DNA of 64,000 bases from Octopus vulgaris (GCA_951406725.2 OX597832.1:36890001-36954000); one strand, 5' to 3'; positions 39,819 through 52,905 are shown, numbered from the stretch's first letter. The notes: generated by a model not told the origin, from the sequence alone. Program-made: numbers and translations.

Positions 39819-40489
39819 CAGCGTGCAGTGAATAAATTGTCATCTAAATTATGCAAAAATGAAAATAACACTGGCATCTCATTTTAACAGATATATTTAC
39901 CAAATTTACATTGAAATATCTTGAAATACTGAAGAGTAAATTTATTCAATAAACTCATCCATTGGCTTCAACCATGGTGTCCAAACAACTTCAGAATCTC
40001 CTGCAACTCTTCTGGACGGTCTCTTTGTTTAAGTTGGTGAATGCTGCCATGATCCTTGCCTCCAGCTCATCCTTGGTGTTACAAGGAGTTTTGTTGGTCT
40101 CTCAGTGGAGTTAGGTGGCCAGATGTTAGGGTGATGTGGTCGCAGAAATTGTCTGACAGCCACGACTGGGTTCTCCTGCTTGTGTGGCATGGTGCAAAGT
40201 CCTGCTGCCAGATATAGTGTCTTCCAGCAGCCACCCTGTTGACCCAGGAGAGCACTACCGCCTCCAGGCATTTGATGTAAGCCTCCATATTGAGTCTGAG
40301 GCCATGTGGGAAGATGAATGGAGGCATAACATTGCCATCTGGCAGAGTGAATTGCATCATGATGCTGTTTTTCTCACAGGCAGTGCCCAACTGACCCTAC
40401 CATAATGTGTAGTCGACAATCAGAAATAAGCAATGCACATGCATGAAATGCAAAATATAAACTGGCAACAATTTACCCATCGCACCCTC
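39819..40489 (-). mobile_element. Internally deleted Tc1/mariner-superfamily (maT/DD37D-like) transposon
   Basis: TA|cagcgtgcagtgaataaattgt ... acaatttacccatcgcaccctc|TA. The - strand gives VMPPFIF..YIKCL..WQQDFAPCHTSRRTQSWL and WPPNS. Confidence 0.88.
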
Positions 40490-41029
40490 TATATTCAAAA
40501 CTTTCATTTGTATATTAAGCATTTTCTTTCTTTCATTCACACCCTATTGTATCCAATCATCATCTTCATCTTCATTTTACAGCTACCTTTTCACACTGGT
40601 ACAGAATGGAAAGGTTGTTAAGGCCTAAGTTATTTCTTAATATGCATCTCATCAATAGATTGGCAGGATACAGATTCAACAGGTCTGTGCATCTGTGTGC
40701 ATGAGCGCACACTGCTCACTTTGGCACCGCCTCACCATTATAATAGGCATCATACACTCAAGTCTGTTCTACATGATAATTACTGGGGCTGTTTTTTACT
40801 ATTTATTATTGACTGATTTAAAAAAACGATGCTGAAACTCAATTTCTCCTGCTTTTTACATCTTGGAGTTCGTTAAGACTATTGCCAAAAACAGTTGCTT
40901 TTGGAATTTTGATGAAGTCTGGACTGACCGCTCAGACACAAGAGATGCTCTGTTATTGAATGTTGAATCTGATCACATATGCGTTTGTGTATTTGTGTTT
41001 TTATGCATGTATATACATATATAACCATC

Positions 41030-41345
41030 CTCACCTGGCCCAAATATATTGTTTTACGTCCAAACTGACCAGATCCAGCCTCTCACACCTAACCTACCAT
41101 GTCATCCTAAAAATAAAACAATTACATTTAACCCTTTAGCATTCAGATTATTCTGTAAAATGCAATGTTTATTAATTCACATAGTTTTGAATTAATCTTG
41201 CATTATCTTGTAACCAAGAGATTTCAATGATGTGGTTGTTTATTTTTACTACGACAATGTAGGATAGATATCAAAGGCCAGGTTTGGCTGGTTTTAACAT
41301 AAAACTGGTAGAATATTTGGGCCGGATTCGGCTGATTTAAACGTT
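41030..41345. mobile_element. piggyBac-like MITE (family P1) preceded by an inverted partial copy
   Basis: TTAA|ccctttagcattcagat at 41128. 41035-41125 is an opposite-orientation piece of the same family, also seen at 3980-4150 and 59437-59664. Confidence 0.7.
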
Positions 41346-41840
41346 TCTATGGCTGGATGCCTTTCCTAACATCATCTACTCTACAGGGTGTACTGGGTAC
41401 TTTTTATGTAGCAGCTTCGTTTTAGGATCTCAATTCTGTTACAGTTGGTGGGTCTTCTTGAGTACAGCCAAGCGCTACATATCTTGGTCCTCTGTCATCT
41501 CCTTCATAAGATTCAGCATTTTGCGATTGACCTTCAATACTCCATCCATGTCTTCCTGGGTCTCCCTCGTCCACGACCACCCTCCATTATATACTACCTG
41601 GTCTTTGTTGAAACAGTTTATTTCATCACTACTTAACATTCAATAGTTCCAGGTTGATACCATGCTGTTCTTTCAGGGCTTTTTATCTTACATCATTTTG
41701 TTTCATTCAAAATTATCGTCTCTGTTTCTTTGTAATGTTGGATTGTTCTTTCACGTGATTTCAATGTCTTCAATAAACCAAAGTTATTTTACTTCTTATT
41801 TGTTAAAATTCAAAATACAACCATCAGCCATGTGCACATT

Positions 41841-41844
<4 letters not shown>

Positions 41845-41875
<31 letters not shown>
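41845..41875 (+). repeat. (TC)n microsatellite forming the polypyrimidine tract of a Dlg exon
   Basis: Uninterrupted TC repeat directly abutting the AG at 41876-41877. Confidence 0.95.
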
Positions 41876-41876
<1 letters not shown>

Positions 41877-41877
41877 G

Positions 41878-41980
41878 GTAAATGGCATTGATCTACGATG
41901 GGCTACCCATGAAGAGGCTGCAGCAGCCCTCAAGGGTGCAGGTGACACTGTAGAAATTGTAGCTCAATACAAACCTGATG
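41878..41980 (+). CDS. dlg1: Dlg internal exon, C-terminal part of PDZ3
   Basis: (TC)n-tag acceptor ends 41877, donor gtaaga at 41981. Phase 0 start matches the previous exon. [34 protein letters not shown] plus 1 nt. Confidence 0.97.
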
Positions 41981-42569
41981 GTAAGAATTTTAAGTTTTCT
42001 TTTAAACAAATCTTTTTTTCTCTCTCTATCTTTGTCCTATTGCATGTATTTCCCTGTTAGTTTATCTCTCTTCTGGTTGAATCCCCTTTCATATTGAAAG
42101 TTTAGGATTATTCAAAGGATTATTAAGAAGAATATTATAACAAAAGGATAGAAATTTATGAATACTTTTGAGTATATACCAAACTTTTACCACAATAGAG
42201 GCAGGAAAAGAAATTATCCAGAAATAGTTTAATATTTATACATATTGTACACTTAAATACTAACTCATCGGATGGTATCTGTGAATATTGATTAATTGGT
42301 ATATACTGGTATTAATAAAGGAGTGTTAAGGTAAAAGAGCATGCTAATTATATATTAATAAAATTATAATCTAAGCAGTATTTTTTTTATAAATAGTGAA
42401 TATACCAGTATAGTTTTATATAAGCTAAGTATGAATTTATAGAGATACAAAAATTAGATTAATTTTATAAATAAATTTAAAAAAAAAAATAATCAAGTAG
42501 ACCAGAACACCATAGAAAAGGAAATAAAATGGCTTAATTACTAATACTATGGTAAAGTATATGAAGCTT

Positions 42570-42790
42570 ATTGTGGTCGCAGAAATTGTCTGCACCCTGA
42601 CACACTCTGCTTGTGTGGCATGGTGCAGAGTCCTGTTGCCAGACATAGGGTCTTCCAGCAGCCACTCTGTTGACTGAGGACAGCACTACCTCCTCCAGGC
42701 ACTTGATGTTGGCTTCATGTTGAGTCTTAGGCCATGTGGGAAGATGAATGGAGGCATAACATTGCCGTCTCTAGTGATCACATCAAACAC
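42570..42790 (-). mobile_element. Second fragment of the maT-like transposase
   Basis: Collinear with 40135-40340 (tgtggtcgcagaaattgtctg...gaatggaggcataacattgcc). Confidence 0.85.
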
Positions 42791-43288
42791 CAGGTTTGGG
42801 AAGCAAGCATCTTATCCACACAACCATGCCTGTGCCTATTTAGTAAATATATTTAAACATTTGACCCTATGAAGTGAGTTCTGTTTTAGATGTTTTCACT
42901 ATATAAAATGTATATATTTTTAAACTCTTACATTATGCTACACATTTTTATATACTCTCTTTCAAACACAAATTTGTCCGTGTATCAGTTTAAGCAATGG
43001 GACATTTTACATCTGCATGTGTGTCCACACACACATATTTATATCATATTTTATTTTGATAACTTGTGCTTAGTTTTCTTCTAAATTTCAATATATTTTC
43101 AATCTCCGTTTCCTAATTTCTGGTATTAAAACTTATTCTGGATTATGTACTTTAAAGTACTCTGACACTGTTTCATGTGAGTTAGAACATTTTAAAGTTC
43201 ACAACCAACTCTCACCCTGATAATCTACTTTACTCACATCAATAACTCATTCCTTAAACATACATAATGCATCCTTACATCTGCTCAT

Positions 43289-43352
<64 letters not shown>

Positions 43353-44656
43353 ATTCACTTTTTCTTTCCCTCCCCCCTCACTCTCCCGACACACACACAC
43401 ACACATTGTTTCATTAATATGGTTGACTTTTCAACTGATTAAATCTGACATGAAATCTTTCTTCTGTTGTGCTTCTTTCTTTCTGTCCCTCTCTAGTTTC
43501 CATTGGAAACTTAAATCACAAACAATATTTAGAATGTGAAGGCATCTTTGGTACCACCCATCATTGCTGCCATTCTTCAGTACACAGCAGTCACTCTTGT
43601 TGAATCAACACTTCCTATTTAAATAACTGCAGAGGGTGTTGTACCACAGCAATAGACCGACTGTTGTTGACCTAGCAATGGTGTGTGTGTTGTAGATTGA
43701 CCCAACTGCTAAGTCTTCCTTGACAATCCTTCTGCCGGTGTATGATAATTGGTGACAGTAGAAATAATATGAGTGGTTATATGTAAACCAAGTTCATCTT
43801 CCTAAGGACTGTTCTGGTCAATATTTCAGCAGAAATCTGTGAAGTTAGGATATTCACACCTTCCAATAGCTGCATTTATCATCCATTACACTCCACCATC
43901 TTTTGTCTATAAACAGTAACACTTGTCATCACTGATTCCATCACACTGTTACACTCCGCTATAACCCCTTCAGCAGATGTGGCCTGTTTGATCATAAGAT
44001 AGGTAGAATGTTTGGGCCTCATATGGTCGGGTTTACACGCCGGAGGGTTAAACCTCGCATTTCTCCCTTTGTTACACATACCACTCTCTACACACCTGAG
44101 ATACTGATTACATTTCATGTTATTTATCTAGCCCTTCCCCATACTGTGACAAGATAGGATAAGATGACATTCAAGTAAGTAACCTCACCTGGCTTTCTCT
44201 AGGCTCAACCATTTGTGTTGGAATCTATGTATGTGTTGGGGTGTGTATTTACAAACACACATTGTCTCTGGTTTCCTGTCTCACTGTTTCAAGTTTTAAT
44301 CTTATAGTAGTTAGTTTTGGTTTTTTCATAAGAGATTTCTGTAAAATAAATACCAGCAATCTACAGTTACTGTGTGTATTGTTGTTTTAGCCTAGGTATG
44401 TCACATCCTTGTCTGCTGTAAGTGGTGACCGAAAGGGGCATCTGCAGGCCATAAAACACTCTCATACAAAAGTCATCCAACTCATGTCAATAAGGAAAAG
44501 TGGAATGCAATACTGATGATTATGCTGTACCAGTAATATATCCAGGGCTAAATCAATAAAAATTGATCTTATACATTGTAGAAACACAATATTAGAACAA
44601 TTACAATGATGTCTTGGTCAAAACAAAGCAATTTCTATTTAGTTTTCTTGCTAGAG

Positions 44657-44886
44657 CCGTGTTTCTCAATCATTTTTACCTGTGGACCTCTTTGATTCCT
44701 ATTTTACTCAGCTGGACCCTCCTAGCCATCCAATGTTTAAAAAAGTCATATTTTGATAATTATATATTATTAGGAATTGTATTAAAGAAAAATGTCTATA
44801 TTTTGTGTGTTGTATAAATATAACCAATTTATTGTGGATAAATTTTAACAACAAAATCTTATATGGACCCCAGTTGAGAACCACTG
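44657..44886. mobile_element. hAT (Charlie-like) MITE
   Basis: ccgtgtttctcaa ... ttgagaaccactg TIRs. The 8-bp flanks tgctagag / agttagaa resemble a decayed TSD. Confidence 0.75.
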
Positions 44887-45339
44887 AGTTAGAAAGTGTC
44901 AAGGATTAGATTTAAGAAAGTTTGGCAGCTGTTTCTAGCAGGTTCACTGATCACTTAGAGACTCCTCCACAATGATCATTATTGTTTCGTTTTTAAAGGG
45001 AATGCATCTATATACACACACGTATATCTCTATAAATATGTGTATATGCATAATTGTGTATGCCTGTGTATGTGTGTGTTTATATATCTATAAGTGAGTC
45101 TATATTTTTCTGTTGAGGTTTCCGTAGTACAAGGCCTTGGTGTTTACCTCTCTGTGTTTACGTGTGCACAGACATATTTTATGTATTTGGAGTAGATTCA
45201 GATAGGGAATTCCTGGAATGTTTAGCACATCTTAAACTATTCCACTAATTGATATAATCTGCAGAATATACTGTATTGTATTTACTGGAGAATTTCAGTA
45301 TTTCTAGCTTTCTGCATAAACAGATTGTTAGAGTCAAAG

Positions 45340-45890
45340 TGTATCACTGATAACTAGTATTAACTAGGACACAGTCCCAGTGTATAGCTCAGTATACCGA
45401 TGACTATCAGTGAAAGCTAGAACCCTTAGTCAGGGCATATAGCTCAGTATGCCAATAACTGTAGATATTAGCTAGGACCAATAGTTAGGGTGTATAGCTC
45501 AGTGCACCAGTAACTGTAGGTATGAACTAGGATTATAGTCAGGATGCATAGCTCAATATACCAATAAACTATTGGTGAAAGCTAGAATCATTAGTCAGGG
45601 TATACAGCTCAGTACACCAATAAACGATAAGTATAAACTCGGATTGTAGCTAGGATGTGCCACTCAGTATACAACTAGGACCTATAATGAGGCTGTATAT
45701 AACTAAGTATACCAATAACTGTAAGTGAACTACAATCTGTACTCAAGAGATGTAGTCAAGTACAGTAATGACAATATGAACTAAAATTTATCATCCGTGT
45801 GTATAATTCAGTCTACTAATAGCTATGTCAATGAGCACATATAATAAGGATGTATAATTCAGTACATTAATGACTGTAGGTGTGAACAAA
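45340..45890. repeat. Diverged minisatellite, about 55-bp unit, about 10 copies
   Basis: A tagctcagt-like anchor occurs at 45385, 45440, 45495, 45549, 45605, 45660, 45700, 45753, 45804 and 45855. Confidence 0.9.
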
Positions 45891-48518
45891 TTTCAATAGT
45901 CATGGGATGTATAGAGCTCATTCTCTCTTTCAAAGTTTGGTACCAATATTGGCCTTGCAAAAAATTTTTTAAATATACTTGTGTTATTGTACCTTTGCAA
46001 AGTCTGCTGAAATTCTCTTTCGTTATTCTTATTTACACTAATACCTACAACATCTTCTTCACATACCACCGAGGAGGCCTCTCCATGGTTGCACAACCTG
46101 TTAGAAAGAGCAGCCAAATCTTATTCAAATTGTACCCTAGCATCTTTAGAAAGGAAGAGACATTGGATCCTGTAGACTGGGGACACTGCCTGAACTAAAG
46201 AATAGTCACTGCTGCTCCTCTACTGTTTATATATCTGCTCATTTAGAAGCTCACTTGAGTTTAAAAACCTGGTCTTCATCCCTTTAATAGTCCTCCTCAT
46301 AAATGGCATTGGTTTTACTCTCTGCCATTTTAGTCAGATCTGTAGTCTTGATATGTCTCGTATGAAGCTGCTACAATGCTTGCCTCACCTGACAGTCCTT
46401 TTCATTCACTCACCTGTTGCTAATCATATTGTTTGTCTTGTAAGTGCAATAGTTAAGTAGTCTGTATTGGCACTTAACCATGCAATGGAGCTACAAGCTT
46501 CTTCCCCAAGTTCATTCTGGTAAGGTAAAGGATACCACTAGCCAGTCCATTGGGATGATGGTCACACATTACCTTGAAAGTAGTGGTGGTTGTGCTGGTC
46601 GGTTTAATAGACTGTGACTGACTTATTCTATTTAGTAAATACCCCACCCCCCAATTAGGGAGAGGTTTTAACTGTGTAGCCATCAAAGTTTATGCTGCTA
46701 GAAGGAGAGTTTCTACAGAACTGCTCAACCTCATAGAAGTGGTAACTAAATCTCTCAAGTTCACATGCATCATCTTTAAAACTAGAAGGACATATGTCAA
46801 ATAATGTAGTCTTAGTTAAAGACTGGGTAGTCATGTCTGGAATATTTTTTTGACTAGAGGTTTGCTAACTCAGGTCTGGTTGACCTGGGGCTAAACAACA
46901 ACAGCAAGTACCAGAGGCTAACTGAACATAGGCAGCCAAAGCCTACACCTACATACACCCACACACATACACCTACACATTAATATGCATGAACGAGCGC
47001 ACACACACATGCAGCCTCTCCTTCCCCACCCACCCACCCACACACAGTATTATAAGCAACACTACAGCCATTTCACTGTCTGCTCGTAACAGCTGTTCAC
47101 TTTTCACTGCAGCTAATCTGATTTATCTTGTCTTTTCTTCAATACCCATTATTGTTGTAATCCAGTTTAATCGCTACCATTATATCATTAATCCTAATTA
47201 ACTTTTTGGTTTTTCATAAATTCATCTATCATAATTGATACAATCACATTTTAGTCATGAAATAGCAGCATTCCATTACTCCCACCCACACACACCCTCA
47301 CCCACCCATCCTTCACTTTTGTCTTTTTATTTGTAGGTTTGTCTGTCTGTGTGGATGGGTAGGTGGGACAGTGGTTTGATTTCATTCCTTACGTCCCTTC
47401 CTCCAGACCAATTCAATATAAATATGAAAAATAAATAAATTCCTAACTATACAAAGCCTCATTCACTTATGGAATTTGCCCAGCATACCAACAGAATTTA
47501 GAACGATAATGCTCATATCTAGTTTGTGTGTGTGTGTGTGAAACATCTTCGGTTTTTTTTAATATTTGTATTATTATTATTATTATTATTACAGAGTACA
47601 TTACCACACTGGTTTTCCGTCTTCTGCCTCTACAATTTTGGCATCTTTGTGTGTGTTTGAGCAAAAAAAAATTAGTATAAAGAGTAGATGAGAATTGAAC
47701 CCACATATTCTACTCTAGTGTTATATTATTAACAACATTATTCTGCTTCTAACTTGTGGCTTCCTCTCTGTATTTTATTTCTTGTATTCTTACGTTACAT
47801 CTTTCAATTTTATATTGGAGAAGGTAGCATATCAGTCTGTAATCTATTGGAACTCTTTTGTGGTAGACAGTTTGTGACTGTGGAATTGGTATTGTTAATC
47901 TTGGATCTTCGTGTTCCGTTGCCGGGGACGGCGGCGTTAAGTTGATTAGTATGTGTACAGGTGAACTAACAACTGAGCATCAATTCGTGCCACTGGAGTC
48001 AATGACCCAAATGTATATTTAGAATATTTAGTGAAACAGCAAAACCAGAGATTTCAGATTAATGGATTGGACTTGAACCTGTACACTTGAATTAGATCTT
48101 CTGGTGAGTGTAAGTTGTATTACATCAGTTTGTGTCTAATCCATTTACTTCTTACTGGTAAATCGATACTGCTTCTCCATAAGCTGCTCTGATCAACATT
48201 GATCAACATTGAATGTTAACTGCCATAACAAACCGAACCTTCACAAAGCGTTCATCAAGCGCAAGGCATCATTTACAATTCATTAATCTCAGATCTTATC
48301 TTTATTAAACTAATGTTTCAGCTATCTTTTTTTTTTTTTGTCTTAAAAACATTCTTAGATATTAAACCTGAGAAATGCAAGAAGTTGTTATTGTCAAAAA
48401 TTCTCAAAACTTGAGTGAGTTTTTACTCAATAGCTTCCTTATGAGAACCATATCTGGTCATAAAGTTACAGGTTCATATTCAGTTATCAGTGCTGTGTAC
48501 TTGTCTTTAAGGAGAAAC

Positions 48519-48726
48519 TTAAGCCTTTTGTTTCCATATTTCTCTTAAAATAGACTGCTTGTATTTCAATAAATCTGGAAAATAAAGAATAATTAATGAA
48601 ATAGCTCTGTCTTGGTGTTTGGAACATAACCTGAAATTTTGATAAAAGGTTTGATCTCTTTAAAAGAGAAAGTTTATATCCGAGAACTAGGAGCTATCTG
48701 AAGTTTGTTGGTATCAAAAGGGTTAA
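48519..48726. mobile_element. piggyBac-like MITE (family P2)
   Basis: TTAA|gccttttg ... ggtatcaaaaggg|TTAA. Confidence 0.7.
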
Positions 48727-50084
48727 TAGTGTCTCTTGGCTTAGTCAAGCTTGCTGTAAATATATAGCATGCATTCAGTAGGGTGTGGAGACACTGCAGA
48801 ATGAAATACAGATTTTAACAGAATGAGGGCCTCTAACTGGATCTTTATTGAAGACATTCTAAGACAGGTGTCTTGACAATTTCCTGCTCTGAAAAAATAT
48901 TGGGCCATTGAATATTCCATGAAATAAATCAGTACTCATGTTAATTGACTTACATTAAGTTGTTACAAGATAATAGAGAGACAGATGGATAAATAGATAT
49001 AGACATGCATGTATGAATGTTGTAACAATGCAAGAGAGTCAACTAAAATGTTTGTGTTTGTGTGTCTGTATAATTGTATGTATCTGTGTGTAGGTATGTA
49101 TTTATGTCTATGTGCAAGTGCAGATATGTATGTGTGTGTGTGCCTGCATCATAATCACCTTTTTAATGTCCACTATTCCACGCATGCATGAGTCAGGTGG
49201 AACCTTTTTGGGGGGGGCGATTTTCTACAGCCAGATGCCCTTCCTGTCACCAACCCTCACGTTTCCAAGCCAAGTAATATTTCCCCATGGCAAGTTCTCA
49301 TAGATTATTGAAAACTAATGACATTGCTTATTTGACTGGCTCACATTTACAACTACCGCATGGATGTCAAGACAAAGAGAGAGACAAACATACTCTCACT
49401 CATCCCCTCCATATATGTATGCATGTGCATATGTATGCATCTGTATTTGTGTGTATATATGCATGTGTGTGTGTGTGTGTGGTGTACATGAGAAGTTATG
49501 GGTTAGTGAAGCAACAGATAGACACAGTAAGCACCCCACCCCACGCCCTCCTACAGCCTGTAACTGCAGAGGTGTCTATGGTGGTGGTGGTGGTGAAGCA
49601 AAAGACCGAAACAGAATCTGATCGCATAAAGCAGTGTCTATCATTAGATATCATGTTCTTCTAGAACATTTCTGATTACAATAAATGTGAAAAATAACCT
49701 GAAAGTATCCAGTAATTACTGACAGATTCTGTTCTAGGAATCAATAAATGAACTATGCTAATAAATAGACAATTACATCAGTGAAAGTATATTTAATGAT
49801 TGGAAAATGAAATGAATCATGTAGAGTTAATTTTTAAAATTTTGTTTTTCTTTTTGAGTTGTGGTCTGTAATTAATTTTGGTTATGTGTAAGGGCAGTGG
49901 ATGGTGGAGTAACTGGTAGCAGAATGGTTGTGGTGAGCTGAAGACTCATTAGGGTGACAGACAACACAGTGATGGTGAACAGAAGAATTGGTAGAGTGAC
50001 AGTGGTGGATGCTGCTGTACAGGCTAAATGCTGGATGGTATAGTTGCTTGTGGGTTGGATAATGGTCTTAACCTTGCAGCAGTT

Positions 50085-50350
50085 GGGCTGCAAACCCAGG
50101 TGTCACTGCCTGCGGAGGAGAGAAAAGTCAATAAATACAATGGCCTGGCTGACCAGTTGCTGTCAGTTTGTGCCAATCACTGTTGAGATGTCATCTGGTG
50201 TTCCAGAACCCCATACGACTGCTTTCCTCCACAAAACAGAGATAATGGCAGTCCATCGGAGAAACAAGCCTCACAAGGTGGAATGGCTGCTGCAGGGAGT
50301 GTCCCTGGCTATTCTCTGCAGCTATGCCATTGTGGTCATTACCATGGGTA
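50085..50350 (+). mobile_element. Restriction-like endonuclease C-terminus of a CRE-like non-LTR retrotransposon
   Basis: AEERKVNKYNGL, then a frameshift, then FVPITVEMSSGV..PHTTAFL...WLLQGVSLAILCSYA. Resembles AExxKxxKY..FVPxAVETxG..LxQRISxAIxRGNA. Confidence 0.7.
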
Positions 50351-50819
50351 TTGCTGACCACACCATTTGTTCTGGGATATGTGGACCATCACCCCCCCCC
50401 CACATCTGCCATTATCTGTTGCTTTACTCCACCATCATCAATTTTTCCCCTTTTCTCTTTTTTCCTTCCTGTTTGTTAAGTATCTATCCAACTAACTAAT
50501 TGATCGTTTGTTTTATCTGCTGGTTATACAAATAGTCAATTAGTTACTTGCTTAGATATTTAACCAATTGTCTAAAATAAAAAAGTGGAATTGAACCTGT
50601 GCATGCATTATTATTATTGGCATAATGACCCTCCCAAGACACAACAATAAATATATAAATAATATATATGCATGTGTGTGTGTGTTAGAATAATCCCCAA
50701 ACCAATTACTGATATTCCGAATGCATTTAATACACCTGTTTCAAGTGGTAACATAACATCTTGTTACATAATTACCTCCTCTTCAATTCTTCCAAGATAA
50801 AATACTACCATATACTTTT

Positions 50820-51140
50820 ATTCTTTTATTTGTTTGTCATTTGACTGCGGCCATGCTGGAGTACCACATTTAGTCAAGCAAATCAACCCCAGGACTTATT
50901 CTTTGTAAGCCTTGTACTTATTCTATTGGTCTCTTTTGCTGAACTGCTAAGTTATGGGGGTGTAAATACATCGGCATTGGTTGTCAAGCAATGTTGGGGT
51001 GGGGGGAACAAACATATACATATATATAACAGGCTTCTTTCAGTTTCCGCCTACCAAATCCACTCTTCCAAAGTGCCACACAGTGGGACTGAACCCGGAA
51101 CCATGTGATTGGTAAGCAAGCTACTTACCACACAGCCAGG
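50820..51140 (-). mobile_element. SINE family B
   Basis: Reverse complement of 36234-36614 (catttgactgcggccatgctggag...agcaagctacttaccacacagcc). Confidence 0.88.
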
Positions 51141-51868
51141 ATATATACACACACAAACATATACACAGATATTCAAAACAGTTGTATGAATATACACACT
51201 AACACCAGCCGTGTGAATACTCAACAGAATAACAACCGAAATTGGAATATTAATCAAATAATAACCAGAAAAATTGGATATTAAGGAGATTGTAATAGTG
51301 GTTGTGGTGGTGGTGGTTGTGGTGGTGGTGGTGGTTGTGGTGGTAATGGCTGCAGTGGCCTTTTATATGTTTGTGGTTGGAGCAGCGATGGTGTCTCTAA
51401 GTGTTGTGGAGATAGTGGTTGTCCAAACATGGCGGAGAAATATATTGGATAATGGTGACTTCTGGATGATATACGAGATGTAGCCTCACAGAAGAGGAGT
51501 GAGGTGTGAGGGAGTGAGTGAGTGAGTGTGCATGTGTTGGAGAGAGAGAGGGGGAGAGCATCTGAAAGTAAAGACATGTGACAGATGTACACTGTGTAGA
51601 TATGTGTTCGTCTGTGGATATGTCTGAAGCTCTGTGTGTGTGTGTGTGTGTGTGCGCGTGTGTGTGTGCGCAGGTGAGTGCACAGAATGGGTGGAGATGG
51701 TGTTCACCTGGAGTGGAGCAGTCATCCATGTCTGAAGATAGAGTAAAAGCCCAGCTGAATCACAGCTGGTTGTCTATAGAGGATGGATCAATGAATTCTA
51801 AAGATAGACAGATACAGCAAGCACCATAACCCCACGTCCTGCTGCAGCCTGTAACTGCAGAGGTGTTT

Positions 51869-51907
51869 TATGGTGGTGGTGGTGGTGGTGGTGGTGGTGG
51901 TGGTGGT
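51869..51907. repeat. (TGG)n microsatellite, representative of dozens of (TA)n, (CA)n, (CT)n, (AAT)n and (CAT)n tracts in the window
   Basis: Directly visible. Other long tracts at about 9748-9782, 24151-24188, 33487-33518, 36394-36460 and 43290-43348. Confidence 0.95.
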
Positions 51908-52179
51908 TGCGGCAAAAGGAGGAAGGTGGACAGGGAAAGTGGTGCTGGACAGGTGGAGAAGTAAAAAGCTGCACAATTGATGGAGGAGGAGGAGAGAGAA
52001 AGAGAGAAAACAGAAACTGTGAGAGAGGAGGAACAGAGAAAACAAAAGGGGCAGGGCAGCGGGGGGGGGGATAATGTTTCAAATGCCATTTAGTTAAATT
52101 GGTTGATTCAGTGTAAATAGTTAATAAAATATGTAGACAGCAAGGGTTGAAGAATGAAAGCTACTACAACACAGGAGCA

Positions 52180-52218
<39 letters not shown>

Positions 52219-52905
52219 AAGTCAGACTACAATGGAACCTACAATACAATTAGTCACTAGTCAATACAGAATTGCACTTGTTAACTCAGTTGTTTTGCAG
52301 TTGGTTGGTTGTTTGGTTGGCTACAATGGGCTGCTGCATTCCAAATAAAAGACTAAAAGACCAATTTTTCAGATAACTGTAGATAGGTACCATGGAGAAG
52401 TACAGTTCCCCACCGGTCAGAAAGAAGAGGTCCACAACAAGAAAGCCTCTACAGAGTTATTCCACCTACTAGAAACAGCAGCCAAATCTTTCTCAGAAGG
52501 ATATAGTGGATAATGTAGCTTTGGACAAATCAAAAAGAGTACAACAAGCATATATGTATGTGTAGCTCTTGCTGAAGAAAGAAACAGTGCTTTTGACCTT
52601 TGGAGTGTTTGCTCTGCACCAAGTTGGCCAGACAATCTCTTGACACTTTCACCAGCAGAAGGGTTCACTGGACAACGGCAAATAACTATATTGGTTTTGT
52701 ATTTGGTTTGCAAGATTCTCAATGTGAATTAGTGGGTTGAAACAAATTTTGTTGTGTCTTGGGAGGGTCATTACACCAATAACAACACCTGCACAGGTAC
52801 ATTTCTACTTCTTTCATGTTGCCAATATGCATCAGCAAAGCATAAAAGAAAATATGAGAGAATGAGATGACAAAGGAAAAAAATTATTACCTTATTAACT
52901 TCATT

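Noticed and set aside
43879-44118. 79-aa minus-strand ORF in complex sequence
   Set aside because: No recognisable domain or splice context; the length is compatible with chance.
45340-45890. CRISPR-like regular spacing
   Set aside because: Whole units are homologous (no unique spacers), the repeats are degenerate, there are no cas genes, and the context is eukaryotic.
51274-52089. Poly-Val, poly-Pro, poly-His and poly-Thr ORFs
   Set aside because: These are translations of (TGG)n microsatellites.
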